In this document: positions 18,316 to 27,183 of the stretch, one piece after another
How positions within the stretch are numbered: position 1 is the stretch's first letter
How the letters are laid out: the number at the start of each line of letters is the position of its first letter
DNA from: Candidatus Babeliales bacterium
GTDB taxonomy: Bacteria; Babelota; Babeliae; Babelales; JACPOV01
Reading direction: 5' to 3'
DNA length: 64,000 nucleotides
Assembly (NCBI GenBank): GCA_050250855.1
Contig: JBFWNW010000001.1
Coordinates: 409,357-473,356 of the forward strand
Made by a program: the position numbers and the translations under genes
Notes under the pieces: model-generated
Seen by the model: the letters and a program-made list of their open reading frames with translations, nothing else
Database searches by the model: none
What the model was told of the DNA's origin: nothing

Positions 18316-18912
18316 ATGGCGGAAAAAAAGGATGTATTAAAAACATATAGAAAAAGAAGGGATTTAACAATCTCTCCAGAACCAAAGGGTACGGTTGCTA
18401 AAAAAAGATCAAAAAAACCTATTTTTGTTATTCAAAAACATGCAGCATCACATTTGCATTACGATTTTCGTTTAGAAATTGATGGCATATTAGTTTCTTG
18501 GGCTGTGCCTAAAGGTCCATCAATGAATCCAAAAGAAAAACGCTTGGCCATGCGTACTGATGATCATCCTATGGAATATGCAAAATTTGAAGGCATGATT
18601 CCGGAAGGCACCTACGGTGCCGGTACTGTTATGATCTGGGACTATGGAACCTATAAGAACATAAAAAAGAAAAACGATAAACTAGTTCCTATGACAACGT
18701 GTCTCAAAAACGGGCAAATCGAAATCTTTTTATATGGAAAGAAACTAAAAGGAGGCTATGCTCTCCATAGATTTAAGCCAAAAGAAGATGCGTGGCTTTT
18801 AATAAAAATGAATGATGAGTATGCAAGTGCTCGACGCAATCCAACGAACACAGAAAATAAATCCGCACGTACCAATAGAACGATGAACGAAATTAAAAAG
18901 GAAGAATCATGA
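18316..18912 (+). CDS. LigD-type 3'-phosphoesterase domain protein (stand-alone)
   Basis: FVIQKHAASHLHYDFRLEIDGILVSWAVPKGPS is the LigD-PE signature. I prefer the start at ATG 18316 (aggag RBS) over 18262. Confidence 0.8.
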   Translation: MAEKKDVLKTYRKRRDLTISPEPKGTVAKKRSKKPIFVIQKHAASHLHYDFRLEIDGILVSWAVPKGPSMNPKEKRLAMRTDDHPMEYAKFEGMIPEGTYGAGTVMIWDYGTYKNIKKKNDKLVPMTTCLKNGQIEIFLYGKKLKGGYALHRFKPKEDAWLLIKMNDEYASARRNPTNTENKSARTNRTMNEIKKEES

Positions 18913-19859
18913 ACTCCTTAAAAGTAGGTCGTTATAAGGTAGCTATTACTCACCCTGAGCGTACACTTTTTCCAAAAAGTAAAATAACAAAAGAGGATTT
19001 AATTGAGTACTATAACGATATTGCTTCTTATATGGTACCGTACCTTAAAGATAGACCCTTGACTATGCACCGTTATCCCGAGGGAATTACTCAAGAAGGA
19101 TTTTACCAAAAGGATATGCCGGATTATTTCCCTGATTTTATTAAAGGAAAAACAATCCCTAAAAAAGAAGGTGGCAGCACCACCTACGTGGTCTGCAATA
19201 ATGCAGCAACGCTTGTATACTTAGCAAACCAGGCGTGCATTACACCCCACGTATGGTTAAGTAAGATCGATAAACTAAAATACCCCGACATGCTTATTTT
19301 TGATATGGACCCACCATCAACAACCAAGAAAAGTTTTAACCTTGTACGGCACGCGGCTCTTTCGCTCAAAAAAATTCTTGAAGATATTGGTTTGGTTCCT
19401 TTTGTAAAAACGACAGGATCTCGGGGCTTACATGTTGTTGTGCCCATAAAAAGAACGGCCACCTTTGATGCCGTACGTACCTGCGCACAAAAAATTGCGC
19501 AGATCTTAATTGATAATGACCCCAAACATTTTACGATGGAAATACGTAAAGAAAAAAGAGGCAATAAAGTATTTATTGATACGCTACGCAACGCGTACGC
19601 GCAAACGGCCGTTGCTCCTTATGCGGTGCGCGCTAAAGAAAAGGCGCCCGTGGCAACCCCTATTTTTTGGGATGAAGTTGAAGATGCAACCCTTACTTCA
19701 CAGCGCTATAACATAGATAATATTTTTAACTATCTTAAAAAACATAAAGATCCTTGGAAGAATTTCTTTAAAAGTGCGCGGGATATAAAGAGTGCTTGTA
19801 AGAAATTAAAACGTTCGTATGGTTTCCAGCCTTCGTCAAGACTTCGGCGGACAGGCTAA
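18909..19859 (+). CDS. LigD-type polymerase/primase (AEP) domain protein (stand-alone)
   Basis: LIFDMDPP, VKTTGSRGLHVVVPI and FIDTLRNAYAQTAVAPYAVR match the LigD PolDom. The start overlaps the upstream stop (ATGA). The last ~16 codons come from a repeat element. Confidence 0.8.
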   Translation: MNSLKVGRYKVAITHPERTLFPKSKITKEDLIEYYNDIASYMVPYLKDRPLTMHRYPEGITQEGFYQKDMPDYFPDFIKGKTIPKKEGGSTTYVVCNNAATLVYLANQACITPHVWLSKIDKLKYPDMLIFDMDPPSTTKKSFNLVRHAALSLKKILEDIGLVPFVKTTGSRGLHVVVPIKRTATFDAVRTCAQKIAQILIDNDPKHFTMEIRKEKRGNKVFIDTLRNAYAQTAVAPYAVRAKEKAPVATPIFWDEVEDATLTSQRYNIDNIFNYLKKHKDPWKNFFKSARDIKSACKKLKRSYGFQPSSRLRRTG

Positions 19860-19943
19860 TCAGCTCAAATATCATTAAAATTTATAAATACCGTTATGGT
19901 TCGAGACGCAAACTAAACAAGTTTGCTCCTCACCATGAACGGT
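19811..19943. repeat. Composite palindromic repeat overlapping the 3' end of the LigD-Pol gene
   Basis: 19811-19857 matches the reverse complement of 44972-45020 (cagccttcgt.aa.acttcggcgg.caggct). 19891-19943 matches atggttcgagacgcaaacta..aagtttgctcctcacca.gaacgg, which is also seen at 22392-22440 and 45058-45104. Confidence 0.8.
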
Positions 19944-19970
19944 ATTTTAGTTGAATTTATAATGGATCCT

Positions 19971-21083
19971 TTAAAACCTCCTATTGTCAGCAACGCAGTT
20001 CATAACAAGCCCGACCATGCAAAGGCCACAAATAAGAGCAGAGTTACCATAGCTGACAAAAGGAAGCCCTATTCCTTTGGTAGGAGCAAGGCCGGTTGTT
20101 ACCGCTAAATTAATAACAGCCTGCAAACTTGTTAAAATAACAAATCCCAATACAACCAATACAGAAAAAAGATCTTTAAGTTGCCAAGCAATGCGCATGC
20201 CAACATAAAGAAATACTACATATAACGCAATAAGTAGTGTTGCGCCAATAAAACCTGTTTCTTCAGCAATAATAGAAAAAATAAAATCAGTATGCTGCAT
20301 AGGTAAATAAAAGAATTTTTGTTTTGAATGAGAAACTCCGGTACCCCAAAAGCTGCCAGAACCAATAGCAATTAATGATTGTATAATTTGAAACCCGGCC
20401 CCTTGCGGATCATTCCAAGGATTTAGAAAAATAGCAATACGTTTAAGACGATAAGGATATTTAAAAATTAATAATAGAATAACAGGAATTGCTATACCAA
20501 GTGTGCCAAAAAAAAGATACGAACTAAAATGTATAACAAAAAAGAGCATAAATGAGGTAGAGGCGATAGTAACCGCCATGCCAAAGTCTGGCTGCGCAAG
20601 TAGTATTAAACATGGTGCTCCTACTATTATTAAAAAAGGAAAAAAACCAGAAAAAAATGAACCAAGTTTTCCCTCTTTTTTACTCAAAAAATAGGCAAGG
20701 TATATAATAAGAAAAATTCTAAGCAGCTCGCTTGGCTGGAACGATAATCCCGGTAAAGAAAGCCAGCGGTTTGATCCATGAATGCGTAATGAAAGTCCTG
20801 GAACAAACGTAAGCATTGTTGCCACTAAGGAACTTAAAAAAAGATACGGGCTTGCATTTTTTATCAGCTCAAGAGGAACTATGCGAAAAAGTAAAAGGCC
20901 GATAAGTCCTAAGGACAAACCTATAAGTTGCTTTTTTACAAAATAAAAGCTTGATCCTAACCTTTCAAAAGCAAAAACAGAGCTTGAGGAATAAATAAAA
21001 AGTAAGCCAATGACAATAAGAGCAGCAATGCTACTTAAAAATATATGAAGATCTGCCTGTAACTTTTTTTGACTTTGTATCAT
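19971..21083 (-). CDS. ftsW: SEDS-family peptidoglycan glycosyltransferase FtsW/RodA
   Basis: 370 aa, multi-TM. Contains QPDFG and GLAPTKGIGLPFVSYGNSAL. It lies on the same strand as murD, 4.8 kb away. Confidence 0.8.
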   Translation of the reverse strand: MIQSQKKLQADLHIFLSSIAALIVIGLLFIYSSSSVFAFERLGSSFYFVKKQLIGLSLGLIGLLLFRIVPLELIKNASPYLFLSSLVATMLTFVPGLSLRIHGSNRWLSLPGLSFQPSELLRIFLIIYLAYFLSKKEGKLGSFFSGFFPFLIIVGAPCLILLAQPDFGMAVTIASTSFMLFFVIHFSSYLFFGTLGIAIPVILLLIFKYPYRLKRIAIFLNPWNDPQGAGFQIIQSLIAIGSGSFWGTGVSHSKQKFFYLPMQHTDFIFSIIAEETGFIGATLLIALYVVFLYVGMRIAWQLKDLFSVLVVLGFVILTSLQAVINLAVTTGLAPTKGIGLPFVSYGNSALICGLCMVGLVMNCVADNRRF

Positions 21084-21136
21084 AAGCTCTCCCGTTTTTC
21101 TTACCTTACTCCAGGAGGCCGAGAGCTGTCAAAAGT

Positions 21137-22177
21137 TTATGGTTGGCATTGAGCAAGAATGGCATCACCCAACATGATCTTTTCCGGATTATACGGCAAC
21201 CCGTACTTTTTATAAAACGCATGAACTACTGATTCATAAAATAATGCATCGTATTCATTATCGTTCATATAGTGAGGATGACGTGAATGTTTGAGCTCTA
21301 GAATATATAGATGAGGATGGCCTGCTTTTTTAAGCTCATGATACAGATTCCAGGTGCATACGGCAGGAACTATTTTATCAATCTTTGAAGTAATAAGTAA
21401 AAGAGGTACATCATGAGGGAACTGCTCAACAACTTTTATCGGTTGAATACCATCAAGGTTATGATTTGGATAGATACAAGAAAAAAGTTTTTGTGCCGCA
21501 TACTGTGCGTATGAAGATGATGCATATGAACCCAATTTACTTTTTAGGATTGATACTGTTTGGTCAAAGCAACCTTCAAGAATAACCGCTTTAACCGTTT
21601 TTATTTCTTTTTTGAGGTATTCGGTTGCCATAAAATTAAAAATGGTTGCAGCACCACGTGAAGCACCGTAAAGAACCATGGCGTTATCATGTTTAGCTTG
21701 CGCGTCGTATGTTTGTGATAAACAGTCAATATCAGCTTCTTGCGCTAATGAAAGCGCTTTGCGATTAATAGAAGGATTTTTTACGCATTCAGTTGAAGAT
21801 GCTTTTTGAATAAAAGTGTTTTCATACGAATCTTCAAGCAGGCGGCGTATTTGTGCAATGCCCGTATAGAGCTGATTAAACATATAATGAGGACATGCAA
21901 TATGCGCCCCAAAAGAGAAGCTATTGGTTGAATCTAGATTAATTTCAGGGAAATTGATCGCCGTGGCATTACTGCCGATAACATTAATATGTTTGCCCAC
22001 GTAGACACGTTGGCCCGTTGAGGCGTCATAGGAATTGCAATATTTTGCTATTTGCCGCTCAGTTGCATGAATGCCGGGAGCAAAAAGGTACGTGGTCTGT
22101 TTGCCATTCGGATGCACCCAGGTTTCTGAAAAGCAGTTAAAGCAGGAAAGAAGGAGCAATAAAAGTATATGGTACAT
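21137..22177 (-). CDS. Secreted alpha/beta-hydrolase-like protein (G-A-S-R-G-A-A-T nucleophile elbow)
   Basis: Has a signal peptide. LYGASRGAATIFNF matches the motif GISRGAATVVNL in the 43575-44729 protein. Confidence 0.5.
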   Translation of the reverse strand: MYHILLLLLLSCFNCFSETWVHPNGKQTTYLFAPGIHATERQIAKYCNSYDASTGQRVYVGKHINVIGSNATAINFPEINLDSTNSFSFGAHIACPHYMFNQLYTGIAQIRRLLEDSYENTFIQKASSTECVKNPSINRKALSLAQEADIDCLSQTYDAQAKHDNAMVLYGASRGAATIFNFMATEYLKKEIKTVKAVILEGCFDQTVSILKSKLGSYASSSYAQYAAQKLFSCIYPNHNLDGIQPIKVVEQFPHDVPLLLITSKIDKIVPAVCTWNLYHELKKAGHPHLYILELKHSRHPHYMNDNEYDALFYESVVHAFYKKYGLPYNPEKIMLGDAILAQCQP

Positions 22178-22295
22178 AAAAACCTACTATTAATGTTATT
22201 ATATACCTCTACTGTAACGCTATTTGGCCTTATGAGCAAGAGGGTCAAGCTTTCTATATTCTGCTTAGTGTTTTTTAATATGTATTATTTAAAAT

Positions 22296-22440
22296 CCCGT
22301 TCGTGGTGAGGGTTTTTCGAAGAAAAACGTCTCGAACCATTCGAACTCAGAATTAAAATATAATTTTTTATCTTTTTTAATAGGCTCCCGTTATGGTTCG
22401 AGACGCAAACTAAAATAAGTTTGCTCCTCACCACGAACGG
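22296..22440. repeat. Composite repeat: two inverted units (ccgttcgtggtgagg..gtctcgaaccat / atggttcgagac..cctcaccacgaacgg)
   Basis: Read directly from the sequence. The same modules occur at 44863-45110, 43439-43497, 59077-59143 and 19891-19943. Confidence 0.85.
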
Positions 22441-22477
22441 AATAGAGAGCTTTGAATACTTTCTTTTAGAGAGAATG

Positions 22478-24481
22478 TTACTTAACTTTACTACCTATCT
22501 CCTTACACAAATTATCAAAGGTAGTACTTGAAGGAGCCGGTACATTGAGGATATCTGCCAGGGTTGGCGTAATCTGTTGGACCCAGATTTTTTGGCATAC
22601 TTCCTTCTTTTCATAGCTATCCGGTTGATACAGCATTAAGGGGACATGGGTATCATAATGATATGGCGATTTGTGGCTGGTGCCGCGCATATTTTTACCC
22701 ACCAAGGTGTATGGATATACTTGAATAATCAGGTCGCCGCTGCGGCCTGGGAAATATTGATTTTGGAAATGGTTCTTGAACTGATTGTCATCGTAATAAC
22801 GTTTTTGTAATTGCCGCGGCGTCCAGACTTGTTTTATGCCCGGTTGTTTTTTAAGCTCTCGTTTAAGCGTGTTAATAACTGCTTTTTGTTGTTTTGGTGG
22901 TAATGTATCAAAAACAGCATGATTCAGATAAAAATCGGGCGTATCAATATACCGTATTATATTTTTAAGATTAAATTTTTTCTCAAGCGTGGCATTGATT
23001 TCCTTTTTTAAAATGTTTTTATCAATGCGCTGTGCCGATGAATAACCTTTTTTTTGTACATTTTCAATTAAAGGCATACTCGCATGATCTGCTGTCAGAA
23101 GCCATACTATATTTTCAGGATCTGCTTTTGTATGCATAAATGCCATAAATTCTGCAATTTCTTTATCAAGGTGATATAAAATATCTATATATTCTATGCT
23201 TTGTGCTGTAAAATGGTGCCCAATTTTATCGGGCGTACTGACGCTCAAAAACATAACAAAAAGATTGTCATCAGGGTTATACTCATTATCAATACACGTT
23301 TTGGCAAGTTCAAAAAGTAATGCTTGTGCGTGCGGCGTTTTTAAATAGTTTTTAGGAGCAACTACGGTTTGGTGTAAAGCTGGTTGTCTGCTGAATGCAT
23401 ATACGTCATGAGCTGCATCATACGCTACATCTGATTTATCATAGGCAAGATGCCAGAAATTTTTTTCTGGCGCTTGATGATTTTTATTAAACTCTTTGAG
23501 CCAAGCAGGCAACGTGTCAAAATAGGCTTTGCTTGAACTGAATTGCATTGCTTTTTCATCAAACCAAACAGCTTTTCCTGCTTTGCCAGCGCACAGTGCC
23601 GCTGCACGATCTTTATGCGAAAAACAAAATACTTTATTTTTCTTGTTTGCTGTTGCTTGCAGCATTATTTGATCTGCAAGCGTATCAACCATAAGATAGT
23701 GTGATGAAACACCAAATGTATAAACACCATCAGGAGAAAAAACGGCTGAGCATGGGTTATTATCTTGAGCTGCATTAATTTCATTGCCATTATAATCGAT
23801 CCAACCATTATCAACAATGCCGTGATTGCGTGCATGTGTTCCTGTTGCAAGGCCGGCATGATTGGTTGCTGTTGCTGGCATTGACGAAGGCCAGTAAGCA
23901 TTATTAAAGATAATGGCATTATCAAAAAATGTTTTAAAGCCGCCCGTAAAGTATGGTTTTAAGTTGTGTAATGTTTGTTGCCCGAGTTGATCAATGACTA
24001 AAATAATGGCAACCTTGGGTGTAGTTTTTTTAGTATAATGATGAGTCCCATAAGTATCGGTAAGATTTGCATGCTCTAAATTAGCATATTCAAAATTTGT
24101 GTTTTTAAGATTTGCTCTTTCAAAAATAGCATATTTTAACGAGGCTCCCTTGAAATTCGCATGTTCCAGAGAAGCTAATAAGAAATTAGCTCCTTCTAAA
24201 TTTGAACATTCAAAATTTGCAGAGGCTAGATTAGTATTGCCAAAGTTTGCATTTTTCAGATTGCTATAAGAAAAGTTTGTTCCCTCTAAATTTGAGCTTT
24301 CAAGAAGGATAGGGATATTTTTTTTCTGTAATTCGTTTACAACGCTTCTTAAATCACAAAAACTTAGATCGCCAGCAATGCATTCTCCGGTTTTTTTAAA
24401 TATTTCTAAATGATCAGAATTATAGGCTATTATTAAATTACAGGAGAAGAAAAAAAATAAAAAAAACTTTATTTTATTCAT
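22478..24481 (-). CDS. Secreted pentapeptide-repeat domain fused to an alkaline-phosphatase-superfamily (PafA/NPP-like) phosphatase
   Basis: Has a signal peptide and ~20 pentapeptide units (NLEGTNFSYSNLKNANFGNTNLASANFECSNLEGANF...). The AlkP core follows: VAIILVIDQLG, MPATATNHAGLATGTHARNHGIVDNGW, LTADHASMP. Confidence 0.7.
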   Translation of the reverse strand: MNKIKFFLFFFFSCNLIIAYNSDHLEIFKKTGECIAGDLSFCDLRSVVNELQKKNIPILLESSNLEGTNFSYSNLKNANFGNTNLASANFECSNLEGANFLLASLEHANFKGASLKYAIFERANLKNTNFEYANLEHANLTDTYGTHHYTKKTTPKVAIILVIDQLGQQTLHNLKPYFTGGFKTFFDNAIIFNNAYWPSSMPATATNHAGLATGTHARNHGIVDNGWIDYNGNEINAAQDNNPCSAVFSPDGVYTFGVSSHYLMVDTLADQIMLQATANKKNKVFCFSHKDRAAALCAGKAGKAVWFDEKAMQFSSSKAYFDTLPAWLKEFNKNHQAPEKNFWHLAYDKSDVAYDAAHDVYAFSRQPALHQTVVAPKNYLKTPHAQALLFELAKTCIDNEYNPDDNLFVMFLSVSTPDKIGHHFTAQSIEYIDILYHLDKEIAEFMAFMHTKADPENIVWLLTADHASMPLIENVQKKGYSSAQRIDKNILKKEINATLEKKFNLKNIIRYIDTPDFYLNHAVFDTLPPKQQKAVINTLKRELKKQPGIKQVWTPRQLQKRYYDDNQFKNHFQNQYFPGRSGDLIIQVYPYTLVGKNMRGTSHKSPYHYDTHVPLMLYQPDSYEKKEVCQKIWVQQITPTLADILNVPAPSSTTFDNLCKEIGSKVK

Positions 24482-24568
24482 ATGGATCCTTTTTAATGGT
24501 TTGTAATTTGTTATACTTTAGCAACAAGATACCTTGTAAATAAAGATAAAAGTGAAAGGAAGTTTCTT

Positions 24569-25207
24569 ATGATTAAAAAAATTATATTCAGCACGCTGGT
24601 GTTTACTACTATGAATGCGATGGATGAGAATTCTTTGTTTATGCAATCGTATAAAAAAACTCTTGCCGCTATAAATGCCTATCAGAAGGTAGAGCCTAAT
24701 CAGATGAATTTTCTGTATGCTATGAAGGAAGATACTAAAAAAATCGTACTTAAAGATTTTTTATCCTGTGCTGAGCTTAAAAACGCAAGGGCTCAAACAT
24801 TTACTCTGGCTCAATATATACATCTTAAAGAGGCGGCAAGAGGTAATGCTTTGTTTAACGCTCAGACTACAGTTATACTGGCCGGGCTTTATTCTTATTG
24901 GTCTATTTTCGATATCAATTGGGATTTGAATTATGATTGTTTTATGGACGAAAGATACCATTGGCATCGTAGGTGGAAGGTAAGTCAAAGATCCACAGAT
25001 GAGAAAATAGAATTTTTCAGAGATAAAGTATTATGGTGGGGAGGTATTTTAGCTTTAGCTGTAATTTTTCGAAAACATTGTCGTTCTGAGTATCTTCTAA
25101 ATACAGAAAAAGTAAATAATGCTCTTTCTCATGTTATGAGCAAAAAAGAAGCTGCTAAATATAACGAAACGTTGATGCGTAATATGGTTGATCGAGAAAA
25201 GTTATAA
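24569..25207 (+). CDS. Hypothetical secreted/membrane protein (paralog A)
   Basis: 212 aa. The N-terminal 60 aa and C-terminal 25 aa are nearly identical to the next gene. Confidence 0.5.
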   Translation: MIKKIIFSTLVFTTMNAMDENSLFMQSYKKTLAAINAYQKVEPNQMNFLYAMKEDTKKIVLKDFLSCAELKNARAQTFTLAQYIHLKEAARGNALFNAQTTVILAGLYSYWSIFDINWDLNYDCFMDERYHWHRRWKVSQRSTDEKIEFFRDKVLWWGGILALAVIFRKHCRSEYLLNTEKVNNALSHVMSKKEAAKYNETLMRNMVDREKL

Positions 25208-25217
25208 GGAGGTTTCT

Positions 25218-25877
25218 ATGATTAAAAAAACTATATTCAGTACGCTGGTGTTTATTACCATGAATGCTATGGATAATAATTCTTGTTTTATGCAATCGTA
25301 TAACAAAACGCTTGCCGCTATTAATGCTTATCAAAAAGTAGAACCTAATCAGATTAACTTTTTGTATGCCATGAAGAATGAACCGTTAAGAAAAGGTGCG
25401 CAGCAAGATCTTTTATCATGTGCGGAGCTTAAGAATGCGAGAGCTCAAGGTTTTACTATTGACTCATATAGATCTAGAATTTTTACCAATCAATGTATTC
25501 CTTTTATTACAGGTCTTTTTATAATCGGAAATGCTGGTATTGTTTCGAATAAAATCATACAAGACATACAAAAAAATAGAAAAGAGCTCACAGCTGCTTG
25601 GGATTCGGATACAGGTCGTAGGTATGAATATACATCACAATACACAGCTTTTATAGATTGGGAAAATGATCGATTAATAAAAATCACGTTTGATAAAGTA
25701 CTTTTAGGAGGACTTTTAGTTTTCACCGCACTACTTACTAAAAAGTTTAGCATTAATCCTTTTTTGATGAATAAAAAAAAATGTACCGATGCACTTCTTC
25801 ATGTCACTAGTAAAAAAGAAGCTGCTAAACATAACGAAACGTTGATGCGTAATATTGTTGATAGAGAAAAACTATAA
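25218..25877 (+). CDS. Hypothetical secreted/membrane protein (paralog B)
   Basis: The start at ATG 25218 follows the RBS aaggagg. It shares MIKK.IFSTLVF..MNAMD.NS.FMQSY.KTLAAINAYQKVEPNQ and KKEAAK.NETLMRN.VDREKL with paralog A. Confidence 0.5.
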   Translation: MIKKTIFSTLVFITMNAMDNNSCFMQSYNKTLAAINAYQKVEPNQINFLYAMKNEPLRKGAQQDLLSCAELKNARAQGFTIDSYRSRIFTNQCIPFITGLFIIGNAGIVSNKIIQDIQKNRKELTAAWDSDTGRRYEYTSQYTAFIDWENDRLIKITFDKVLLGGLLVFTALLTKKFSINPFLMNKKKCTDALLHVTSKKEAAKHNETLMRNIVDREKL

Positions 25878-25878
25878 G

Positions 25879-27180
25879 CTAAAAACTGTGCACCAGCTTT
25901 TTAAAATAAGCACCGCGTTCTTGATAGTTTTTAAATAAGTCAAAGCTTGCCCCGGCCGGTGAAAAAAGTACAGCATCGCCGCCTTGTGCATTATCCATAC
26001 AAACAGAAAATGCTTGCTCAAGGGTAGAATATGCTTCTGCTGGAATTGTATATTCTGCGCAAGCGGTAAAAAGCTGTTCAGCTTCTTTGCCAAAACAGTA
26101 CACTTTTTTGACCTTACCTTGTAACTCTTTGATCATGGGCTTGCGGTCAATACCTTTGCTAATACCACCCAAAAATAAAATAACTGAACTGTTACCAAGG
26201 GCATTCAGCGCAGTAAGCGTTGCTTGAGGAACGGTAGATTTTGAATCATTATAAAACGTAATATTATTTTTTGTAGCAACCTTTTCTAAGCGATGTTCAA
26301 TAGTTTGTTCTTGTGCAAGAAATGAAATATCAGGAGCAATACCCAAAAGATTGAGCGCTGCGGCAACAATAAGAATATTTTCTTGATACAGATGCGGTGG
26401 TAATGCAGCAATGTCGCATAATTCTTTTTGCGTAACGCCATCTATAATTTTTTTATTATCCAGATAATAAAGATTATTTTCAAAACTATTTTGCTTTTTA
26501 CAAGAAAAGAATCGTGTAGCCTTGGGCCACACAGTGTCATTTTTAAAAGTAAGCGGCACCAGTGATTTTTGATCTTCTTTTTGGTAAGCAAACATATTTT
26601 TTTTTGCAGCAAAATAATCCTGCAGCGTTGTATGCCGATCTAAATGATTCGGGAAAAAATTTGTCAGGATCGCTAAATCTGGGGCAAACAGTGTGCAATG
26701 CTCCAGCTGAAAGCTAGAAACTTCTAGAACAGCATAATCAAGTTCATCTTGCTTTTCTAATAGATCGCATAATCCCACACCAATATTGCCGCCGCAAACG
26801 ACACGTTTGCCAGCATGCGCAAGCGCTTTGGTCAACAGCGTGGTAACCGTTGTTTTGCCTAAGGTGCCGGTAATGGCAATAATCGGTTTTTTAAAATAGA
26901 GCGCAAAAAGATCCAGCTCTGGCAATAATTTATGGTGTACCGATGCAAAGGGGCGCAGATCTATGCCGCCGCTCGGGATAATAATATCCTGCGTTTGTAA
27001 AAACTGCTCAAGGTTTTGCTCATGAGCAACATTCAGCTTTTGTAATGTTGCTTCTTCATCTAAAGAAAGCGCTCGTTGATCAAAAATGGTTACGGCATGG
27101 CCAGCAGCCAAAAAGGCGGCTGTTGCTTTGCCCATAATGCCGTAGCCCCATATGCCAATTTTTTTATTATTGAGGTTCAT
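25879..27180 (-). CDS. murD: UDP-N-acetylmuramoyl-L-alanine--D-glutamate ligase
   Basis: 433 aa. Contains an N-terminal Rossmann motif GIWGYGIMGKA and the Mur ligase P-loop ITGTLGKTTVTTLL. Confidence 0.85.
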   Translation of the reverse strand: MNLNNKKIGIWGYGIMGKATAAFLAAGHAVTIFDQRALSLDEEATLQKLNVAHEQNLEQFLQTQDIIIPSGGIDLRPFASVHHKLLPELDLFALYFKKPIIAITGTLGKTTVTTLLTKALAHAGKRVVCGGNIGVGLCDLLEKQDELDYAVLEVSSFQLEHCTLFAPDLAILTNFFPNHLDRHTTLQDYFAAKKNMFAYQKEDQKSLVPLTFKNDTVWPKATRFFSCKKQNSFENNLYYLDNKKIIDGVTQKELCDIAALPPHLYQENILIVAAALNLLGIAPDISFLAQEQTIEHRLEKVATKNNITFYNDSKSTVPQATLTALNALGNSSVILFLGGISKGIDRKPMIKELQGKVKKVYCFGKEAEQLFTACAEYTIPAEAYSTLEQAFSVCMDNAQGGDAVLFSPAGASFDLFKNYQERGAYFKKLVHSF

Positions 27181-27183
27181 AGA

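Noticed and set aside
19891-19943. tRNA-like T-arm string GGTTCGAGAC in many repeats
   Set aside because: No acceptor, D or anticodon stems can be drawn around it. It is one module of the palindromic repeat family. I found no bona fide tRNA cloverleaf anywhere in the window.
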